Shown: one piece after another, positions 48,288 through 57,912 of the stretch
How positions within the stretch are numbered: the first letter of the stretch is position 1
Layout of the letters: the number at the start of each line of letters is the position of its first letter
Assembly (NCBI GenBank): GCA_040756875.1
Contig: JBFLYH010000001.1
Span: 608,001-672,000 of the forward strand
Direction: 5' to 3'
Source of the DNA: a candidate division FCPU426 bacterium
Lineage (GTDB): Bacteria; Oederibacteriota; JAAXVQ01; JAUVAV01
DNA length: 64,000 bases
Notes under the pieces: generated by a model
The model's database searches: none
What the model was told of the DNA's origin: nothing
The model's input: the letters and a program-made list of their open reading frames with translations, nothing else
Translations under genes and position numbers: made by a program

Positions 48288-51212
48288 ATGCCCCTGGCGC
48301 CCCGTTCCGATCCGACCGAACCCATCCTTGCGGGGCTCAATCCCGCCCAGCGCGAAGCGGTTATGCACGGCACCGGGCCCCAGCTGGTCGTAGCCGGGGC
48401 CGGCACCGGAAAAACCGCCGTCATCACCCGGCGTATAGCCAGGCTGGTAGCTGACAAGCAATGCACCCCTCGGGAGATCCTGGCCCTGACCTTCACCGAA
48501 AAAGCCGCGGAAGAGATGGAAAGCCGGGTTGATTTGCTGGTCCCCTATGGATTTACCGACAGCACGATCTGCACTTTTCATGCTTTCGGCGACCGTGTTC
48601 TGCGCGAAAAGGGGTTGTTGCTGGGCTTGAACCCCGCTTATACCATTCTCTCTGCCGCGGAACAGCTGGTTTTCCTCAGGCAGCATCTGTTTGAATTCCC
48701 CTTGCAAGCCTTGCGCCCCCTCTCGGATCCCACCCGCCATTTGCAGCTCCTGGCCGGCATAATCTCCCGCGCCCAGGACGAAGATGTCGACCCCGAAGCG
48801 TATCTGGCCTTTTGTCAGGCCCGACTGGATCAGTCTTCATCCGGAGACCCGGCTGACAAGGCGGCCTGGTCGAAACAGGCGGAAGTCGCCCGGGTGTACC
48901 AGCTTTATCAGCAGCGCCTGCTGGAGCAGGGGTTGCTGGATTTCGGCAGCCTGATCCGGCTGACGCTGGAACTCTTCCGGCGCCATCCGGACGCGTTGGC
49001 TGATTATAAGCAGAGGTACCGATATATTTTAGTGGATGAATTTCAGGACACGAACGCCGCGCAATTCGAATTGGTTCAACTGCTGGCCGGCGCGAACGGC
49101 AATTTGACCGTGGTGGGGGACGACGACCAAAGCATCTACAAATTCAGGGGCGCGGCCATTTCCAACATCCTGCAATTCACCCGGCATTACCCGCAGGCGC
49201 GCCTGACCGTTTTGACCGAAAACTACCGCTCCACCCAGACCATTCTGGATGCCGCTTACCGCCTGATTCAGCACAACAACCCGGAACGCCTGGAAACCCG
49301 CCAGGGGATCAGTAAAAAATTGAAATCAGTCCGGGAAGCCGGCCAACCCGTGCGTTTTGAAGGCTTTGCGACGGTTTCGGACGAAGCAGACTGGGTGGCA
49401 GGGGAAATCCGGCGGCAAAAGGACGCTTTGGGGCGCCCCTGGTCGGATTTTGCCGTGTTGGTCAGAACCAACCGCCAGGCCGACCCATTCCTGCGCGCCT
49501 GCAATGTAAAGGAAATCCCGGTGCGGTTCTCGGGCGCCCGGGGATTTTACCGCCGGCCCGAGATCCGTTTGTGCACTGCGTTTTTGCGCACGCTCGCCGA
49601 TCCCTCGGCCCCGCTGCCCATGTACGAACTCTGCGCCTCCGAGGTCTATGAACTGCCGGCCGAGGATTTGGCCGGCCTGGCTGCGCACAGCCGGCGCCAG
49701 CACCTGCCCCTGCGGAATGCCATGCGGCTGGCCCTGGCCGGACAAATCCCCCTGGAACTGTCGCCGGCAGGGCGTGAAGCCGTTGAACGCCTCCTGAGGG
49801 ACCTGACAACCTATCTGGAAATGTCCAGGCGATCATCTGCCGGGCAGGTGCTATATCATTTTTTAAACGCCGCCGGGTTGCTGGCAAAATATACGGCTGC
49901 CAATACCTTGGCTGCCGACGGAATCATTCGGAACTGGGCCAAATTGTTCAAGCTGATTCAACGCTTCCAGGAAATCTCGCGCCAGGAGCGCATTCTGCCG
50001 CTGGTTGAGCAACTGGACCTTCTGGATGAAGTGGCGGACGAGGCGGGAAGCGAGGAGATGGAAGCCGAAGCGGATGCTGTCCGGGTTTTAACCGTGCACC
50101 GGGCGAAAGGCCTGGAATTCCCCGTAGTTTTCCTGGCCGGCATGGCGGCAAACCGTTTCCCGGCGGTCAACCGCCAGGCCGCTCTTTCGTTTCCGCCGGA
50201 ATTGGCCAAGGAGGAGCCTCCACCGGACGATCAGACCCTGGCTGAGGAGAGGCGTTTGTGCTATGTAGCCATTACCAGGGCAGCGGAAACCCTGTATTTG
50301 ACCGCAGCCAATGATTACGGAGGAAGCCGGCGGTACAAAGTTTCACGCTTTGTCATGGAAGCGCTGGATATGCCGGAAATGATTGAAAAACAGACCCAAA
50401 CCTCGGCCATGGAGCAAATCCGACGGGCCCAGGACCCTATGGGCACTGAACCCGTGCCATTGACGCTTGAAAACCGGGCTTTATCGCTGTCTTTTTATCA
50501 GGTGGATGATTACCTGACTTGCCCGCTAAAATACAAGTACATTCACCTGCTGGAAATTCCGGTTTTGCCCCAGCATGCCGTGGTTTACGGCAAAGCGCTG
50601 CATACTGCGGTTACTGCCTATCATCGCGCCCAACTGGAAGGCGTGGAATTAGGTGAAAAGGAACTGGTAGACATCTTCATGGGAGCCTGGGTGAACGCGG
50701 GTTTTATATCCAGGGAACATGAAGAAATGCGGCAAAAAGCCGGAATCAATGCCATAAAGTTATTTATTAATAATACCAATATAAATCTATCTAAGCCAAT
50801 ATATATTGAAAAGTCATTCTCGTATAACATTAACGATATTAAAATTATCGGACGCATGGATAGGGTGGATCTCCTTGCACCTGGAAAAGCGCGCATCATC
50901 GATTATAAAAGTTCGGAAACCAGCGAACAGGAAGACGCGGACAAAAAGGCCAAGGAAAGCCTGCAGTTGAAAATATATGCGCAAGCTTGGTATCATGAAC
51001 AGGGCTATTGGCCGGAATCGGTCCATTTGCATTTTTTAGACAGTGGATTAACAGGTTCCTGGGTCGTGGATCCGGCGAAAGTGGAAAAGGATACCGCGGT
51101 CATTCTGGCTGTCGCCCAGGGGATCCGGGAAAAAAAGTTTCGGGCAACTCCTTCGGTCTGGGTATGCAATTACTGCCCATACCGGGCAATTTGTCCTGAA
51201 GCGATAAAATGA
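48288..51212 (+). CDS. UvrD/PcrA-like SF1 helicase fused to a C-terminal PD-(D/E)XK nuclease with four Cys
   Basis: AGAGTGKT; VDEFQD; GDDDQSIYKFRGA; KGLEF; YVAITRA; nuclease CPLKY...GRMDR...IDYKS...QL..Y...CNYCPYRAIC. Confidence 0.92.
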   Translation: MPLAPRSDPTEPILAGLNPAQREAVMHGTGPQLVVAGAGTGKTAVITRRIARLVADKQCTPREILALTFTEKAAEEMESRVDLLVPYGFTDSTICTFHAFGDRVLREKGLLLGLNPAYTILSAAEQLVFLRQHLFEFPLQALRPLSDPTRHLQLLAGIISRAQDEDVDPEAYLAFCQARLDQSSSGDPADKAAWSKQAEVARVYQLYQQRLLEQGLLDFGSLIRLTLELFRRHPDALADYKQRYRYILVDEFQDTNAAQFELVQLLAGANGNLTVVGDDDQSIYKFRGAAISNILQFTRHYPQARLTVLTENYRSTQTILDAAYRLIQHNNPERLETRQGISKKLKSVREAGQPVRFEGFATVSDEADWVAGEIRRQKDALGRPWSDFAVLVRTNRQADPFLRACNVKEIPVRFSGARGFYRRPEIRLCTAFLRTLADPSAPLPMYELCASEVYELPAEDLAGLAAHSRRQHLPLRNAMRLALAGQIPLELSPAGREAVERLLRDLTTYLEMSRRSSAGQVLYHFLNAAGLLAKYTAANTLAADGIIRNWAKLFKLIQRFQEISRQERILPLVEQLDLLDEVADEAGSEEMEAEADAVRVLTVHRAKGLEFPVVFLAGMAANRFPAVNRQAALSFPPELAKEEPPPDDQTLAEERRLCYVAITRAAETLYLTAANDYGGSRRYKVSRFVMEALDMPEMIEKQTQTSAMEQIRRAQDPMGTEPVPLTLENRALSLSFYQVDDYLTCPLKYKYIHLLEIPVLPQHAVVYGKALHTAVTAYHRAQLEGVELGEKELVDIFMGAWVNAGFISREHEEMRQKAGINAIKLFINNTNINLSKPIYIEKSFSYNINDIKIIGRMDRVDLLAPGKARIIDYKSSETSEQEDADKKAKESLQLKIYAQAWYHEQGYWPESVHLHFLDSGLTGSWVVDPAKVEKDTAVILAVAQGIREKKFRATPSVWVCNYCPYRAICPEAIK

Positions 51213-51258
51213 AATTCTTGAATAAAGCGAAAACTTTGTGCGAGGAGAACTGCAAAGC

Positions 51259-52479
51259 ATGAAAAAAATCCATGATGCGGCGATTATGCCGGCGAGGATA
51301 ATCGTCGGTTTGCTTTTGTTATTAAACGGTATTATTGCAGGGTGCGCAACGACCAGGACAAGTATTAAAATATTGCCCGATGAAACCTCGGAAGCTTCGG
51401 CTGGAGGGCGAAAGCTTCAAAACATCCGGGTGTTATTGGTGGCCAACTCGAAGCGAGTCACGATGAACGCGGCGCAGGAAGTCAAAATGTATGATATGCG
51501 GACCAAGCAAATATCCGACCGCGGGATATTAAACACCGATTTTCAAATTTTAGCCCGCGATGGACGGCTGGTTCTGGGAGGCAAGTTTAGCGCTGCCTCA
51601 GTAGTCAGGTTTGTGCCTTCGGCCGGGGATTTCCTGGGGGTGAACGGAAAACGCTACCGCGGCCAGATCGAAGTGGCGGTCAATTCCGGAGGCGGTGGGT
51701 TGCAGGTCATCAACTACTTGCCATTGGAAAGCTATGTGGCCGGCGTGGTGCCCAATGAAGTGAGCCCGGCCTGGCCTGAAGAGGCCCTCAAAGTGCAGGC
51801 GATCGCGGCCAGGACTTTTGCCTTGTATAAAATGAGCGGCCGGTCGCAAATGGCCTACGATTTGGACGATTCGGTCAGCAGCCAGGTATACGGGGGCGTG
51901 GATTCCGAACGGCCGAGCACGACGGCGGCGGTTAAAGCCACCACGAGCGTGGTGGCCATGTACACCGGAAAATTCATTGCCGCGTTTTACCATTCCAATT
52001 GCGGCGGCCGCACGGCCAATGTCAGGGAGGTCTGGGGCGGGGACATGGATTATTTAAACGGCGTAGAATGCGGTTTCTGCGACCAGGCGCCGCACGCCCG
52101 TTGGAACGGGGAATTGAGCGGCGAAGATCTGCGCCGGAAACTTCAAAAAAGCGTGGCCGGCCTGAAAGCGGTCACGGGTTTGGACTTGAAGGACAGGGAC
52201 GCCAGCGCCAGGGTCAAGACCGTCGTGGTTCGCCACCCCGGCGGGGCGGAAGAAATGAAAGGGCCTGTTTTCCGCATGCTGGTCGGACCGGATTTTATAC
52301 GCAGCACGCGGTTTACTGTGGTGCCCCGGGGCGCGAGCTGGGAATTCACCGGCCAGGGCTGGGGGCACGGCGTCGGCCTTTGCCAGGAAGGCGCCCTGGG
52401 AATGGCCCAAAATGGGTATAATTACCGCGATATTCTGAGGCATTATTATCCCGGGATCGAATTGCGGAATTGGCCATAA
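51259..52479 (+). CDS. SpoIID/LytB-domain lytic transglycosylase, probable lipoprotein
   Basis: Lipobox IAGC; YVAGVVPNE; ALKVQAIAARTF; SQVYGG; GWGHGVGLCQEGA; ILRHYYPG. Confidence 0.9.
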   Translation: MKKIHDAAIMPARIIVGLLLLLNGIIAGCATTRTSIKILPDETSEASAGGRKLQNIRVLLVANSKRVTMNAAQEVKMYDMRTKQISDRGILNTDFQILARDGRLVLGGKFSAASVVRFVPSAGDFLGVNGKRYRGQIEVAVNSGGGGLQVINYLPLESYVAGVVPNEVSPAWPEEALKVQAIAARTFALYKMSGRSQMAYDLDDSVSSQVYGGVDSERPSTTAAVKATTSVVAMYTGKFIAAFYHSNCGGRTANVREVWGGDMDYLNGVECGFCDQAPHARWNGELSGEDLRRKLQKSVAGLKAVTGLDLKDRDASARVKTVVVRHPGGAEEMKGPVFRMLVGPDFIRSTRFTVVPRGASWEFTGQGWGHGVGLCQEGALGMAQNGYNYRDILRHYYPGIELRNWP

Positions 52480-52492
52480 ACCTGTCTGAGTC

Positions 52493-53557
52493 ATGACAGC
52501 AGCCAACCCATCCCCGCTCGAGCGGTTTGATTTTGACCTGCCGGCATCCAGGATCGCCCAACAGGCAAAACGCAGGGGTTTTTCCAGGCTGATGGTTTTG
52601 CCTCCGGGAAAAGACGCGCCTCCGGTACATGCGGTTTTCCGGCAATTGCCCGGCTGGCTTGCGCCCGGTGATTGCATGGTGGTAAATGATTCCCGCGTGC
52701 TGCCCGCACGGCTCTGGGCGGTTAAAAAGGACACCGGCGGGTCGGTGGAATTGCTTTTGCACAGGGAAGTGAAGCCGGCGATGTGGGAGGCTTTGTCACG
52801 GCCCTACCGCCGCCTGAAGCCCGGGACGGAACTGATTCTGGGAGCGACGGTGGCCACGGTTCAAGAACTGCTGGGGGAAGGGAAAATCACGCTGTCATTC
52901 GGTTCTCCGGCTCTGGCCCGGGCCGCGATCCGGCAGGTGGGCGTGGTTCCGCTTCCGCCGTACATCCGGCGGTCGTTCCGGTCGCCAAACGCAGAAGAAC
53001 GGAAGGACCGGCGCCGGTATCAGACGATTTTTGCCCGGACCGAAGGCTCGGTGGCCGCGCCGACCGCTGGTTTGCACTTTTCCAAACCCTTGGTCACTGA
53101 GCTCCGGCGGCAGGGTGTCCGCGTCGCGCCTGTCACGCTGCACGTGGGTTGGGGAACCTTTGCCCCCTTGTCGGAGCAGTCCTGGCAGGCCCGGCGGCTT
53201 CATCCCGAGACCTATGCCATTTCCGCGGAAACCGCCGGGGAAATAGCGGAATGCCGGAGGCGCAAGGGACGCGTAATTGCCTGCGGAACCACGGTGGCCA
53301 GAACGCTTGAAAGCGCGGCCGGCAAGAGGGGCCTGGTGAAGGCGGGCGAAGGCCGGACCGAGCTGTTCATCCAGCCCGGCCACCGCTGGCAGGTGGTGGA
53401 CGGGTTGCTGACGAATTTCCACCTTCCGCGTTCGTCGCTGCTGGTGCTGGTGTGCGCCCTCGCCGGTCCGGAACGGGTGATGGCAGCCTATGCCGAAGCC
53501 GTCCGCCGCGAGTACCGGTTTTACAGCTATGGCGACGCCATGTTGGTTTTTCGCTAA
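52493..53557 (+). CDS. queA: S-adenosylmethionine:tRNA ribosyltransferase-isomerase
   Basis: PLPPYI; YQTIFA; GSVAAPTAGLHF; TNFHLPRSSL; YRFYSYGDAM. Confidence 0.95.
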   Translation: MTAANPSPLERFDFDLPASRIAQQAKRRGFSRLMVLPPGKDAPPVHAVFRQLPGWLAPGDCMVVNDSRVLPARLWAVKKDTGGSVELLLHREVKPAMWEALSRPYRRLKPGTELILGATVATVQELLGEGKITLSFGSPALARAAIRQVGVVPLPPYIRRSFRSPNAEERKDRRRYQTIFARTEGSVAAPTAGLHFSKPLVTELRRQGVRVAPVTLHVGWGTFAPLSEQSWQARRLHPETYAISAETAGEIAECRRRKGRVIACGTTVARTLESAAGKRGLVKAGEGRTELFIQPGHRWQVVDGLLTNFHLPRSSLLVLVCALAGPERVMAAYAEAVRREYRFYSYGDAMLVFR

Positions 53558-53737
53558 ACCAAGGCACCGATCTGTGCGACAATACTCCCAGGCAGTGTCA
53601 AGCGAGCGGAGGCTCCCCTGAGTCGGAGTCCAGGTCACCCTTCCGCTGCAGACCGATTCCGCAATTCTCTCCCGGACAGCGAGGGACCGCTGGCCAGAGC
53701 TTGTTGCGGAGGGATCGGAAATCGACTTGTTCCTGAT

Positions 53738-55822
53738 ATGACGAAAAAAAAGCGTCTCCCAGCGAACGACCCCTATGAAGCCCTGTACCTCCTGCTTGAC
53801 CTGGCGGTCAAACGCCGGGCCAAGCTGTTGGCGCGTCTGCGGCAGGAAAAGACCCTGGCTGCGGTGGCGCCGGACAGCCTGGCCGAGGCTGCGCCCTCCT
53901 GGGAGGCGTCCTGGGAGTTCCTGTTCCGCTGGTTGCCCGGCCTTCTGCCCAAACTCCGGACCGGCGGAGCCCGCGAGTTCTTGAGCGCGGTTCGCAAAAA
54001 AACCCAGCAAGCCGCTCCGCTGCCCAAACGCTTCCAGTTGCTCGTCGCTTCGTGGATCCTGCTGCCTGAAATCATGGCTGCTGCGGCCGGCGATTTGCCG
54101 GTTGCGCGCCGTACCCAGGCCCTGCAATCCGGCGACGGATTGTGGCGCATCGGGCTGCAGAATATGCTGGAGGGTTTTGCATCCTATACCGACCGGCTGC
54201 TCCACGAAAAGAGCCTCGAAAGCGCGGTGTTGTTCCACACCACCCAGACGGTGACCACCGAACTGGATTTGAACGTGCTCCTGAACAAAGTGGTGCTGCA
54301 CGCCGGCATGCTGATTCAAAACAAACAGGTGTACCTGTTTCTCGCAGAACCCAAGCCCCTGGACGCCCGGCTGCGCCAGCGCCTTTACCTGCGCGCTTCC
54401 AATCAGCCGTTCGAAGCCTACGGGGAATACAGCCTCCAGGTCGGCGAAGGGCTGGTCGGCGAAACGGCGGAAACGCGGCTGCCCATCATCGACAACGCCT
54501 ACCGGAACAATCCCAAGAAGATCCCCTGGCTGAAGGATGCCGCCTGCCTCCTGGCCGTGCCCATTTGCTTCGGCAGCGAGGTTTTGGGAGTGTTGCTGGC
54601 CGCCACGCCCAAAAGCCAGGAGCCTTTTACCACGGACGATCAGATGCGGTTGACCATGTACAGCCAGCAGATCGCGGTGAATTTCAAAAATCTGCTGCTC
54701 TATCAGCAGCAGGCGCAGAACGCGCAGGAACTGGAAGAGAAAAACCAGATGCTGGAATCGCAGGCGGACATGATCCTGCGCAAATCCGCCCAGTTGGAGG
54801 TGTTGAACGAGGTTTCGCAGCAGGTCAACTCCTCGCTGGAATTGAAGGAAGTTTTGAATCTGGTCGCCCGCCAGGCTGCCCAGAGCATCGGCCTGGACCG
54901 GGGCGTGGTGTGGCTGTTGAGCGGGCCGGTCACCCTGGAGGCGGTGGCGGCATTCGGCCTGCCGGCCAAGTTCCTTGCGAATCTGAACCTGGACCTGCCC
55001 GCGATCCGGGATACGGCCCTGTTCAGGACGTTTTCGGAGCGCGTCTCCACGACCATTCTGAGCGGGCAGGACGAGGAGCTGTTCGTCCAGAAATTGCACG
55101 GCTATCTGACGCCCAAGGCCATGCTGGCCTGCCCGCTGGTGTTCAAGGACGAGTCCATCGGCCTGCTGGTGGTGGATGACACGCGGGAAGCGCACGAATT
55201 CCTCGACGATGAAATCGGACTGGTCATGTCCGTTGCCAACCACGCGGTCATGGCGATCGAGAATGCGCGGCTTTTCCAAAAGGTCAAGGAGCAAGCCATC
55301 ACCGACGGCCTGACCGGCGTTTACAACCACCGCTTTTTCCAGCTGCGCTTCGCGGACGAGTTCGCCCACTGCCGCCGGTATGGAAACGACATGAGCCTGA
55401 TCATGATGGACATCGACCATTTCAAGCACTACAACGACACCTACGGCCACGTGGCCGGAGACCTGGCGCTGAAGGAAATCGCCAACCTGACGCGGGCTTC
55501 GGTGAGGGAAAACGATTTGGTCGCCCGCTACGGCGGTGAGGAGTTCGCCATCATCCTGCCCATGACCAACCTGGGCGGCGCCCAGGTGGTGGCTGAACGC
55601 ATCCGCCAGTCCATCCAGGAATGCCGGTTTCTGGGGGATGTTCACATGCCGCAGGTCGGGATGACGGTTTCGCTGGGCGTAGCCTCCTACGGCCAGCAGG
55701 TCCAAAGCCGCGAGGAACTGGTCCGGCAGGCCGATGCCGCACTCTACGAAGCCAAGGCCCAGGGCCGCAACCGTTGCATCTACTTCAAGCCCAAACCCGC
55801 GGAGGGAACGGATACCGCCTGA
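53738..55822 (+). CDS. Cytoplasmic GAF-GAF-GGDEF diguanylate cyclase
   Basis: Two GAF-like segments; TDGLTG; DIDHFK.YND.YGH; RxxD I-site (REND) and GGEEF. Confidence 0.92.
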   Translation: MTKKKRLPANDPYEALYLLLDLAVKRRAKLLARLRQEKTLAAVAPDSLAEAAPSWEASWEFLFRWLPGLLPKLRTGGAREFLSAVRKKTQQAAPLPKRFQLLVASWILLPEIMAAAAGDLPVARRTQALQSGDGLWRIGLQNMLEGFASYTDRLLHEKSLESAVLFHTTQTVTTELDLNVLLNKVVLHAGMLIQNKQVYLFLAEPKPLDARLRQRLYLRASNQPFEAYGEYSLQVGEGLVGETAETRLPIIDNAYRNNPKKIPWLKDAACLLAVPICFGSEVLGVLLAATPKSQEPFTTDDQMRLTMYSQQIAVNFKNLLLYQQQAQNAQELEEKNQMLESQADMILRKSAQLEVLNEVSQQVNSSLELKEVLNLVARQAAQSIGLDRGVVWLLSGPVTLEAVAAFGLPAKFLANLNLDLPAIRDTALFRTFSERVSTTILSGQDEELFVQKLHGYLTPKAMLACPLVFKDESIGLLVVDDTREAHEFLDDEIGLVMSVANHAVMAIENARLFQKVKEQAITDGLTGVYNHRFFQLRFADEFAHCRRYGNDMSLIMMDIDHFKHYNDTYGHVAGDLALKEIANLTRASVRENDLVARYGGEEFAIILPMTNLGGAQVVAERIRQSIQECRFLGDVHMPQVGMTVSLGVASYGQQVQSREELVRQADAALYEAKAQGRNRCIYFKPKPAEGTDTA

Positions 55823-55871
55823 AATCAGCGCTTCCTTCATTGCTTCGTCCTGCAAGCCCGCCTGAAAAACC

Positions 55872-55901
55872 TTGCCGCTCGTTTTGAACCGGTGGTATAA
55901 T
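55872..55901 (+). promoter_or_regulatory. Putative sigma70 promoter of the kaiC-like operon
   Basis: TTGCCG, 18 nt spacer, TATAAT, with extended -10 TG. Confidence 0.6.
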
Positions 55902-56082
55902 CGTGCGTTGTTTTAAAGCTGATCCGGCCGGCGTGCGCCGGGAAAAGTCTGCTTTTTAAGCGGTTTTCAGGCGGGACCAGCAGATAAATCGCAAGGAGTA
56001 TTTCATCCCTCCGCAGGTGCAGAGGATCGCGGGATTTTTGCGGAAGAAGAAAGACCAATATCCTGAAACGAGGTGGCTCTGC

Positions 56083-57912
56083 GTGACAGCGCAGAAATTG
56101 AAAACCGGAGTCGCGGGTCTGGACGAGATCCTAATCGGCGGGATTTTGGAGGGCGAGAGCATATTGCTTGAAGGCCTGCCTGGCACGGGCAAAACCACGC
56201 TGGGCCTGCATTTCATCCTGCAGGGGATCGCCGAGGGCCAGCCGGGGCTGATTATTACCTTCGAGGAATTTCCCGCCCAGTATTACCGCGATGCGCTCAA
56301 TTTCGGCTGGGATTTGAAGAAACTGGAAAAGGAAAAGAAACTCAAGCTCGTCATGACCTCGCCGAAAGTTTTGGTCCAGGAACTGGAGCGGCCGGGCGGC
56401 ATGTTTGACGAAATCACGCGCGAACTCGGCCTGCAGCGCGTTCTGGTGGACTCGATCAATTTTCTCTACCACCATCAATCCGATCCCCGCAATGCGCGCG
56501 ACTTGATCAACCGCTTCATCAACGGATTCAAGCGGCAGGGCGTGACCAGCATGCTGATCAAGGATATCGAGGGCGAGGAATTGTCCCACTGGGGCATGTA
56601 CTCGGTGGATTGCTACATCCGCCTGCGTTTCGAGCTGGTGCGCGATTTCCAGCGCCGCCGCCTGATTGAAGTCTTCAAAGCCCGCGGGCAGAGGCATTTG
56701 TACGGCCAGCATCCCTTTGAAATCACGGAGACCGGCGTGGAAGTCTATCCCGCCGCCCTGCCCAATGAAATTGCCGCCGCCTCGCCGGCTGAAGAGCAGG
56801 AGGTCCTGAGGATCGGCAGCGGCGTGGCCGGCCTGGATGACATGCTGGGGGGCGGTTTTTTTACGGGTCAGAGCGTCTTACTGACCGGGACTTCGGGCAC
56901 CGGGAAAACCAACCTGGCCATGTGCTTTTTGGCGGAAGGAATGAGGCAAGGCGAGACCGGGCTCTATCTTTCCATGGAGGAAACAGGCCGTTCGCTGCTG
57001 CAGCATACCCGGACCTTGGGCCTGGATTTGGCGTCCGCCGTCCGCCAGGACCGCTTGACCCTCCTAAACATCCCGAGCGCCGGACTGAGCGAAGGAGCGT
57101 TCCTGCATCTGCTGCGGAAAAATTTGGCGGAAATCAAACCCAAACGCCTGGTGATTGATCCGATCAACTTCCTGAATTCCATCGCCGCTTCGCCGGAAAT
57201 GGTGCGCCTCACGTTCCAGACCATGATCCGGATCCTGCGCGAAGCCGGGGTCACCACGGTCTGCACCTCGGAAATCTCGGAAGTCGTGGGGGATTTCAAA
57301 CTCAACGAGTTCAACTACCTGGTGGACACCGTCGTGCTGCTGCGGCTGGCGGAAATCGACACGTCGCTGCGCAAGGCCATTATGATCATCAAGCACAGCG
57401 GATCAGACCATGACCGCAACCTCCGGGAGCTCCTCCTGGATTCCCAGGGCGTCCGCGTGGGCGATCCGTTCGTCAGTTACGAAGGCATTCTGGCTGGCCG
57501 CACCCACCGCCGCAGCGGCGGCGAGCCCTCCAAGCTGCTGATCGTGGACGACGACGCTCAGATGCTGGAATTGATCAAGGCCAGCTTCCGGGACGAGCAT
57601 TTCACACTGCTGACCTGCGAAGACGGCGAAGTGGCTTTGCAGCTGGCGCTGGCCGAAGGGCCGGATTTGATCCTTTTGGATCTGATGCTTCCGAAAATCA
57701 ACGGGTTCGAGGTTTGCCAGCGCTTGAAGGCCGATAAAACCACCGCGAACATACCCATCATCATGCTCTCCGCCAAAGGGGAGACGGAATCCAAGGTCCA
57801 GGGCATTAAAATCGGCGCGGACGATTACATCACCAAGCCGTTTTCCCCCCAGGAATTGGTGGCGCGGGTCAAGATGATCCTGCGGAGAGTGTACGGCAAG
57901 AGGCAGGCCTGA
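56083..57912 (+). CDS. KaiC-like double RecA-type ATPase fused to a C-terminal response-regulator receiver domain
   Basis: GTG after GAGGTGG; two Walker A motifs (GLPGTGKT, GTSGTGKT) with EE motifs; REC LIVDDD...LLDLMLP...SAK...KPF. Confidence 0.88.
   Translation: MTAQKLKTGVAGLDEILIGGILEGESILLEGLPGTGKTTLGLHFILQGIAEGQPGLIITFEEFPAQYYRDALNFGWDLKKLEKEKKLKLVMTSPKVLVQELERPGGMFDEITRELGLQRVLVDSINFLYHHQSDPRNARDLINRFINGFKRQGVTSMLIKDIEGEELSHWGMYSVDCYIRLRFELVRDFQRRRLIEVFKARGQRHLYGQHPFEITETGVEVYPAALPNEIAAASPAEEQEVLRIGSGVAGLDDMLGGGFFTGQSVLLTGTSGTGKTNLAMCFLAEGMRQGETGLYLSMEETGRSLLQHTRTLGLDLASAVRQDRLTLLNIPSAGLSEGAFLHLLRKNLAEIKPKRLVIDPINFLNSIAASPEMVRLTFQTMIRILREAGVTTVCTSEISEVVGDFKLNEFNYLVDTVVLLRLAEIDTSLRKAIMIIKHSGSDHDRNLRELLLDSQGVRVGDPFVSYEGILAGRTHRRSGGEPSKLLIVDDDAQMLELIKASFRDEHFTLLTCEDGEVALQLALAEGPDLILLDLMLPKINGFEVCQRLKADKTTANIPIIMLSAKGETESKVQGIKIGADDYITKPFSPQELVARVKMILRRVYGKRQA

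Noticed and set aside
50490-51212. Cas4 / CRISPR adaptation gene
   Set aside because: The nuclease is fused in-frame to a UvrD helicase with no CRISPR context
53641-53720. tRNA-Sec-like fragment on the minus strand (GCCAGCGGTCCC)
   Set aside because: No TCA anticodon arm, T-loop or acceptor stem
52895-55855. 986-aa minus-strand ORF
   Set aside because: Antisense to queA and the DGC, with no recognisable motifs; typical high-GC shadow
56083-57500. Bona fide circadian kaiC
   Set aside because: No kaiA/kaiB and the canonical phosphosites appear absent, so no gene symbol was assigned
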